From assembly GCA_964016885.1 (NCBI GenBank), contig OZ024740.1:302436001-302500000 (forward strand): a stretch of DNA of 64,000 bases, written 5' to 3'. Within the stretch, counting starts at the first letter, position 1; each line of letters starts with the position of its first letter. Source of the stretch: Eledone cirrhosa (lineage: Eukaryota). Made by a program: the position numbers and the translations under genes. The notes beneath the pieces were generated by a model. It was not told the DNA's origin, made no database searches, and was given only the letters and a program-made list of their open reading frames with translations. Of this stretch, positions 55,681 to 64,000 are shown in pieces.

Positions 55681-55965
55681 CTATTTATTTGCCACGAGGG
55701 CACAAAAGAAGGGGACAAATACACAGAGGGGAGTTTACATAAATGCGAGTAAAGAAAAAAAGGAATAACAATAAAAATAATATAATAATAAAAAGTCCTC
55801 AAAAGGGAGGGGGCGTGTTGGGGATTGCACATACCCCCGAAAAGTGTGCAAGCCTTTTCCCGGGAGGAAGCCCAGAGAGGAGGCGCTCCCCCTTTCCTCT
55901 TCACTTCTTCACCTACAGAACAATGTAGAGAGAAGGCCCATTTACACGAGCCATTCTCGCCTCTT

Positions 55966-58900
55966 TCACCTACCTTTCATAAAACTGCATGGGGCCAAGC
56001 ACTTCTCTCTCCATCCTGATCCTTCTTCCGAAGTGGTATCGGAAGAAGTAACCAGGTGTTGGCCGGAGAGAAAGTCACCCGACCTCAGACCTTTCAGGCG
56101 CGTCCACCACACAACCTCTTTCATCATGGCTATTACGCACAGAAAGACCGCCTCTGCTTCATTTCTGAAGGGAGGAGGCGGCTTGATGTTCACCACGGAC
56201 TCGGAGGCCAATCGAATTGGCGCCACACGCGACAGCAGTCGTTCCACATAGCCCCACAGATCGGCATCGCCCGGGCAGTGTACCAGTGCGTGCGTAACGG
56301 TTTCCTCGTCGCGCACGCATCTGGGACAGATCTTTTTCGCGGGATCCCTGCCCGGAGCCCGTGTCTGTAGAGCTTTTCTCGAACGGGCAGAGCCCCCCGG
56401 TAGCACTGCCAGGCTAGGGACCTCTGGAAGTTGTCCATGGGTCCCGGGCCGAAAGTTCTACCGAACAGGCTGGCCAGTTCGTCCTCCTCCATGCCTAGCG
56501 ACTCTCCAAGGGTGTCGTCGCCCCTGCTAGCCACCAGCCCTCTATAGAATGTCGAGGTGGATTCTCCACTGATAGTCGGGTCCGCTTGCCAGAGAGCCGT
56601 GAGCGCCTGGGCACACTTGGTGTGCCAGTTGCCCAGTTTTCTCGGTCTTTGCTTCACCCAGGATTGCAGCTCGGTGAGCGAGACGAGCTGTGGGAAGGCT
56701 CGCCTCACAAACGGGGCCCACACCGCCTGACCGGGAGGAATACCTGTAGATGCCGTAGCCTCAATGCGTACCTACGCATCAACAGCCACGGCATACCCAG
56801 CCCTCCTTTCGAAGGGTGCTGGCAGCAGATGGATCTCCTCACCATGGGAGGCCGCTTTTTCCAGAGGAACTGGAAGAGCATGCGCTCCATGATGGTGAGC
56901 GTTTCCTTAGGGCAAGGCACGACGGTCAGGCGGTAGTAGATGACGGACGCTATGTAAGCGTTCGCCACCTCCGCCCGACCTGTCAGTGATAGTTTGCACT
57001 TGGCCCACTTCTGGGTCAGCGCAAACACTCTGCTCGTCACCTCGCCCCAATCCTTCTCCACCTGGAAGTCCGGTCCGAACCAAACCCCGAGCAGCTTCAC
57101 CGGGCCCTCCGTCTACCGTCCGACGACACCGTCTAACGGCATCGGTTTGACCCTCCACGTTCCGAGTTGCAAACCGACTGACTTGTCCCGGTTCAGCCTA
57201 GCCCCCGTCAGCCTTTCGTATTCCTCCAGTAGGGTGGCGATCGCCCCGATTTCCGAGGCGTCCGCCACCATTACTGTTACGTCGTCGGCATAGGCTGAGA
57301 CCGCTTTGTGCAATCCCGGTTCCAGTGGTATGCCCCGCAGCAACTCCAACTTCCGCAGCAGTGGCTCGAGAGCCAATACGTACAGAAGGGAGGAAAGGGG
57401 GCACCCCTGCCTGATGGACCGGGTATTTGAAACGGCTCCGAGAGGTAGCCGTTTACTTTAACCCTAGAGCAGACGTTGCCACTGTGCATGGCAGAAATCC
57501 AGCCTCTGAAAACGGGTCCGAAGCCCGCCGCCGCTAGCACCGCATCCAGGTAACCATGGTCGACCCTATCGAACGCCTTAGATTGATCCAAGTTGATCAG
57601 GGCCCCACCAAAGCCGGGCTCGTTCCCAACACTCTCTACGATGTATCGCATGAGGTGGAGGTTGTCGTGAATGGACCTGGACGGGATAGCGCATATCTGC
57701 GCGTCTCCCACCAAGCCACACACCACAAGCGCCAACCTCTTCGCTAACACCTTGGCCAAAATCTGTAACTCTGCATTCAGCAGAGTTATGGGCCTAAAGT
57801 TACTTAAGTCGTCCCCCTTGCTCTCGTCCTTCCTCACTAGCGTGACTACGCCCTTGGTCACAGAACAGGGAATTCTCCCGTTCTGTTGCCAGTTGCAATA
57901 GACAGCCTCGAGGAGTTCGGAGAACAAGACCGGAATAGCTAAATAAAGTCGTATGGTAGACCATCGAGACCCGGAGATTTGCGTCTGCTGCATTGGCTGA
58001 GCGCATCCCCGATTTCAGTGGCTGTGATTGGCCTTTCGCAGCACTCCGCTTCGCCGCTCGAAAGACGCGGTAGACTGTCGAGGTATGGACCAAATTACAC
58101 ATCCCCGTCCGGCCCCCCGCCCCCTCCGAAGAGTCGAGCAAAGTGCTTTTGAAAGGCCTCGCACATCCGCTCAGGTTCAAGGATGACCTGTCCATCCTGG
58201 TCACGCAGAGACCGAATGGTGGATTTAATCCCACTCTTGGCTTCTGTCACGCGGGCCCAGCTAACGGCTTTGGTCCCCTCGTTTCCTAAAGCACGTATTT
58301 TACTTCGGACAACGCAGCCTTCGTGCTTCGCGTCAAAGAACTGGCTCAACGCCGTTCTCGACACTAACACTCTGACCACGCCCCCCCCCCCTCCTAATCG
58401 CCTCTTCTAGTTTATCTGTCAACTCCCTTTCCCTCCTATTTCTATTCGCCGTAACATATCGAACTTACTCTAATCTCTCTCTTTAGAGATACCCACCACC
58501 TGCTGTTGACGATCGCTCCCGTCAACCGCATCTTAACTAAGCTACTAATACGGTTCCTGTAAGCTTCCTTTGCCGGCAAGGAGGAGTTCATCTTCCAGTA
58601 ACCGGGACCCTGTCTATGCGTTCTATCAATGTTGACCACGCAGGTCACTAATTTATGATCTGAATAGCCAACCATGAGCAATTCTGGACAACTAAATACG
58701 TCCCTATCCTTACTCCTAACCAAAAACCTATCTAGGTACTATATAGATTGACCACTGCGGTTTGCCCAGGTCCAGGTTGGCACAGTTGGAAAATCTAGTC
58801 GAAATCTATCGACCAGGTCGAATCGATCGAGTAACCCCTTGAGGCTGCTACACTCCCCTCTATCGGGACATGCCCCTGCATAGTCCCAACGCGCATCTAG

Positions 58901-59326
58901 GATTCCATTCCAGTCCCCCACTAAAAGCAGGGAACGCGACGTTCCTAGAAAAGTCTCCAGACGCTGGAAGAAGTCGGCTCTTTCAGCCCCGAAGGGGGCA
59001 TAAAGACCGACCAGTCTGAAAGCCCCGCCTTCACCACCTCTGACGTCCAGCACCAGTAATCGACCCCCCGGGTCCGAGTGAACAATCTGTACGTCGAGAG
59101 CCAGACGTTTATCCAGCAGTACGGCAACCCCACCCCCGCCTCCGGGTTGACAGAGAGATGCGTGCATCTCAAAGTCATCGAAGGCGGGTGCCAGCCGTCG
59201 CACGCTGCTGATCCGACTCTCGCAAACAACCATCACATCTATACTTCGTGACCTGAGGTCACTTAGAAGCTTTGCTTGCTTCCAAGCTGAGCCCAGACCA
59301 CGCGCATTCAAACAACCAACTCTCAA
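55966..59326 (-). pseudogene. LINE ORF2: AP endonuclease, reverse transcriptase, zinc-binding domain (multiple frameshifts)
   Basis: LNARGL...CES...GVAVLL...LYAP...GDWN...SDH; GPGYWKMN; NFRPITLLN, LDQSKAFDRVDH, AYADD, KLLGVWF, KGGLGMP, CPRC...ETVTHALVHC. Confidence 0.92.
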
Positions 59327-59331
59327 TTGAT

Positions 59332-60608
59332 CTATTTTGGTGTTGAAAGTGAAGAAAGAAAAGCACCTAACTCTCCGGGTTGTGTAATAAACATGGGGTC
59401 GCGTGTCTTGGGTGGAGGGATGTTTTGTGGTGGTGTGGGGGTATCCGAGTGTGGTGGGGTTGGGGTATTTGGAGTTGTGTCAGGGAGAGGGGATGTTATG
59501 GGGAAATATTTCAAGAGGACGCGATTTAACGGTTTTAAACAGGGGGGCTCACGTCCTGTTTAAATTGTTCTTTTAAGGAACGATAAAGGTCCAGAGGGAC
59601 CTTTATCATTTTCAAATGAGTGAAGTTCTCTGTTGAGATAAAGTTTGGCCCTTCGGTCTGCACCAAAGGGCTATTGTTTATTAATTTAAACAGTTTTTTG
59701 TTTTCTTTATTTATATATGTGTATTGTAAAGTCTTTTTTTGTGATGCTGTCAATGTTTCGAATGGGGGAGGCGCAGATTTATTTTTGTTTGTCGAGGGTG
59801 GGGTGTTTTTGGTTGGAGTTGGTGTTTGTGTGTGGGTTATTTGTTGTTGTGGTGTGCTGGGTGTGTGCTTTCGTTTTTTACTTTTAACTTGTCTGAAGGC
59901 TTCTCCTCCTTCTTCTTCAGAAGTTGGGGGAAACTCTTCAGCGCTAGGTGGAAGGGACGTGGTGTCTGGTTGTTTTTTTTGCGGGAGGGGTAGAATTGTT
60001 GCAGTTTTTTTTATTATTTGTTTGGAGTGTGTTTTGTGGTGGTGGTGGTGATGTTTGTGTCGTGCTTGTGGTTGGTGATGATGGTGGTGATTTAATGGAT
60101 GAATTAATGGAAAACATTCCGTTCTCCCCCAAGACTATGTGCTTTTTTGCTTCTGCCAGTTTCTCTCTGGTGGCAGTTAAGTCAATAGGTGTATATGTGA
60201 TTGATTTTTTTGTTGTCTGGGCAAAAGTTGTTTTTGTTGTGTTTGTGTTATTTATGTTGATGCATTCGTTCACATTTTTTTTCCTTTGGGGTTAGACTCC
60301 ATTTTTTCAAAGTCTTCACTTATATTTTCATTATCCGAGAGACTTGTAGTCACAGCTACTACTTCTCTTTCACCTTTGCTGGTGGGTGTGGCGCCGTGAA
60401 AAGTCGAAACGGCATCCATTAATTTTGGCAATTTCTCCGAGTTAATTTTTTTCACATTTTTTTCATTAGGGTTAGGTTCCATTTTTTCAATGTTTCTAAT
60501 AATCATTATTCTTTCAGTAGGGTGGCTTGTTGACTCAGCTACCGTCTCTCCTTCAGTTTGTTTAGTGGGCATGTCATCGTTACCTGTGGTAATGGCTTCC
60601 ATTACCAC
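59332..60608 (-). pseudogene. Putative LINE ORF1 remnant (Thr/Pro/Asn/Lys-rich, broken into four frames)
   Basis: Consecutive minus-strand ORFs directly upstream of ORF2; no recognisable domain. Confidence 0.55.
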
Positions 60609-60880
60609 TAGCGTAGAGACAATTGCAAGATTTTTAGGATGAAAAATTTCACCCCAAGAGGGGTGAAATAAATTAATCCTAATGTCCGAAGACCCAGGCC
60701 AGGGGGTTAATTAACACAATAACGCAAGAATACAGACAAACACTTACTGTTAACACGTAATATCTCCAATAACCGCGGAGCCGATGTGAAGCACGTCTAT
60801 GCCATCCGGAGATAGATAGATAGATAGATAGATAGATAGTTAGACGGATGGACAGGCGAACAGACAGACAGACAGATATA

Positions 60881-61000
<120 letters not shown>

Positions 61001-61254
61001 GAATAAGTAATTGAGTGATGTTGAGAGCTAATTTGCTTTCGTCGTTCCAATACTGAGGGAAAATACTTTATGTAATATTTCTGATATGCCCAGATTGCAA
61101 ATATTAGGAATGTGTTTTCACAGTTACGTTAAAGTGTGCTAAAAATCACCACTACCGTAATGATACTGGCCCTTACAGTGTGGGAGTGGGCTTTATTGCC
61201 TTCAGGGCCCCTAGCACAGGCTGCCACTTATCCCAATTGACAGAATAGAGAAAG

Positions 61255-61560
61255 CCTTGGCCCAGAGGATGCTGAGGGGGATGCTTTCGAATAGCTATTC
61301 CAACTCGTGGGGCTCATACCTGCTGATGCTCAACCCCGGTCCAATAGTCTTGATAAGTAATGAGGAGGTCCGGGGACCAAGAATGCCAGAAGTCTCAATT
61401 GCTAGAAGTTCAACGACAAACCTATCAGAAAGCGGGCGATATGTAGATAGCTGGCGAACTGCGGCTTGTCAGACAGCGAAGGCTGAATGCAGCAGTTTGC
61501 CACTGGAAAATGTATCACCGCCATATACCTGGTTGTCTCTTTGTACAATAAGTAAAAGCA
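61255..61560 (-). pseudogene. CRE-like RLE fragment (third copy)
   Basis: Minus strand DTFSSGKL...LAIETSGILGPR...YEPHELE*LF, homologous to 33950-34200. Confidence 0.65.
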
Positions 61561-61619
61561 TACTCTCCTAAGATTTTATAGCGGTCGAATTCTCTACTAC
61601 GGTTCTTAGATATGCCCTT

Positions 61620-63200
61620 TACTGAATCCAGAATAATGTACTTTAATGTATTTTTCTGCGTCAGGAGTATTAGTTTATAAGACGTTTTACTCAATTACAA
61701 TATTATGCGATTTTAACGCATGGATATTTCTGGTGTATATTGTTAAAGAAAGGACACACATAAATGTGAGCTTGAAGACTAAAAGCTATTCTCTATTATC
61801 TAAGTTTTCTCTGAGAACCTTTTAATCAGTCGATGATGTTTTCACCCAAGTTAAAGACACCACTTTCTCTTTTTTCTCTCATATACAATTTATACGAAAG
61901 GGCAATAAACCGAAATGTTGAATTTTTCCCTCCTCGCACAGAAGATAATCATTTTTCTCAAGTCAAATATAGTATGTTTCATTTTGCTCATCTCTAGACG
62001 CCTTGGATATGCAGCCGAATTGATGTTTGTAATATCATTTTGCTTAAAACCGTCATGGTTTCTTTGCATTTAATACAGCATATAAGCGGTGATTTAGTGA
62101 CCAAATATGTTCTAGTGCACACGTAATCTATACTCATATATGAAGAAGTAAACTAATTTTTAATGCAATAATCAAAAGCGTTTTTATGTTTTGTATTCAA
62201 TTCACTTTTTAGCTTAGGAATTTAAATTCAGAAAAATACATTATAATCCGTTTTACTGCAAAGAATAATATCTTCCATTTTTTGTATAAAACAGAAGATA
62301 TAATACGAACTAATGGAAACGTATTTCGTAAAGTGTAGCAATGTAACGAAATGTTTAGAATTATTATCTGATGTTTGATTTAATGTAAACCGTTAAGGAC
62401 AACAAAAAATGTTAACATCTTGAATCTATGCTAATCTCTTTCGCTCACTGATTGAAATGCATTCTTTTCGTTGAAAACAAACAAATTAATGATTCTCGTA
62501 ATCTCTACAGATTAGATAATGACTATGAACATACTTTTCAACTCAAATGGGAAAATATATTTATGATATCCACAACGGAATAAATAGAATGCACTGAAAC
62601 AGCGTAATAAGAAACGAAATTTGGCTTATGTGGGTTCAAATAGGTGGTGAAATATGTGTAGTTTGTAAAAAGGAATTGGGCAAATATTAATTCCTCTTTA
62701 CGTTTACTTGCTTTTATCCATAAAAACTATAATATATCCGATATACCCCTTTAATATAAAGGTGCATTACTGGATATGTAATATTGTTGCAATTGACACG
62801 TATTATCTATTATTAGTCGGATGCAAGTGCTCACATACTACATTCACAATATTTTTACATACTGAGATTTAGTATCTGTTTTTTCTTTTCTTCCCACGAC
62901 AAATAATTGCAGTTAAAAATAAAAACCCGATAGTAAACTGCAAGAATTGTAAGTAATATAGTAGTCCCTACATTAATTGTCCTTCATTAATACATTGTTA
63001 TTCTTGGAAGTATCTTACACCTATATTTCTAATTTCTCAATCAAGCGTTTTATTTTTCGGTTGGCGTTCTATCTATGACAATCGTTTATATTATGAGGCT
63101 CATATCAACGTATGGCTGCTTGCTTCACAGGCCTGTAAGTCGTAATATCAATGGGGAAAACACTTAATTCTTACAAAGATCAAAATGAGACAATCGTTGA
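61620..63200 (-). pseudogene. Possible ancient hAT (Charlie/SPIN-like) transposase remnant
   Basis: Near 61750-61790 the minus strand gives LLVF-SSHLC-SF, resembling the F.STYLCE..FS motif. Weak. Confidence 0.2.
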
Positions 63201-63734
63201 TTTAGATTTATGAGATCAAATAGTCTGAACACAAAGGTTTTTCAGGGTGGATATGAAAATATAATTCGAATCTTTGTATAGAAATATCTTCTATTTTGGT
63301 GAAATGTACAGTGTAAGATTGATTAATTTAAAACTAATATACTGCTGTATTTTAAGTAAACACACATTTTCTACAAGACATTCGACTTGCTAGCTTTCAA
63401 GAACACTAAATTTGCAAGAAAAAATAGCTTTCACGCATGAATACGACTTAGCCTACACTATATATTTGCTCTCTGTCCTTTGCCATTGACATCAGTAGAT
63501 TGACTGATTACAATCTGTCACGCGTGCTATTGAACTATGGAATCGAGAATGAAATATGTTAAAGGTTCTACGTCAAAATCAATTACTCTCGATTTCAAAG
63601 ATAAGAGTGTGTTACACAGGGTCGAAGAAGCTTATATTTGAAGAACATACAGCCTTATTTGCAAATGATATCATACCTAACAATTACTACATATTGATAA
63701 TGGAATGCAAGAAATTCAAGCTTTTCTAAATTAT

Positions 63735-63940
63735 ATAAACCATTGGCACAAGACCAGCAACATGTCGGGAGTAAAATGTCAATTATATTTATTACGGTAC
63801 TTAACTGGTACATTATTTAACGACCTCGAAAAGATGAAAGGCAATGAAGATCTCAACTAGACTTGAACATAAAATGTAAAAATTCGTAATTAAATACTGC
63901 AAAATATTTTGTCCGACGCTCTCCTGATACTACCAATCTA
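63735..63940 (-). mobile_element. Degenerate tRNA-derived SINE
   Basis: GGCACAAGACCAGCAA...ACTGGTAC...CGACCTCGAAAAGATGAAAGGCAA...CTTGAAC...CCGACGCTCT..GATACTACCAATC. Confidence 0.7.
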
Positions 63941-64000
63941 CAGTTTTATAGAATAAAGTAATAATACCATTTTGCAATTCGCATATATTTTCGAAATGAA

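Noticed and set aside
60660-60810. Possible 5' ribozyme or snRNA target at the LINE 5' end
   Set aside because: Only short hairpins (e.g. AAATTTCACCCC/GGGGTGAAAT); no HDV-like double pseudoknot or snRNA match could be established by eye.

Overview
Repeat-dominated animal genomic DNA with no recognisable host gene. A cephalopod (octopus-like) origin is inferred from the SINE types and the extreme (TA)n/(GA)n/(TATG)n content. Nearly all long ORFs in the track are microsatellite artefacts. Real coding remnants are all mobile elements: at least four families of Penelope-like elements (PLEs; RT and/or GIY-YIG) mostly abutting (TA)n, a near-complete Tx1/L1-group LINE between (GA)n tracts, RTE and CRE-type LINE fragments, a complete but disabled mariner, a hAT-like TIR element, and tRNA-derived SINEs. 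Hand-folding reveals roughly 25 full or partial hammerhead-ribozyme (HHR) motifs from about a dozen sequence families. The most striking observation is a small non-coding element in (TA)n (ribozyme copies at 10346-10414, 10968-11036, 15358-15427, minus strand). Its HHR core strands occur in a non-circularly-permuted order (NUH, then GAAA, then CUGANGA) and form a pseudoknot. The model is supported by compensatory changes between two subfamilies and includes a kink-turn-like internal loop. All RNA structures are hand-derived and untested; many element boundaries are approximate.
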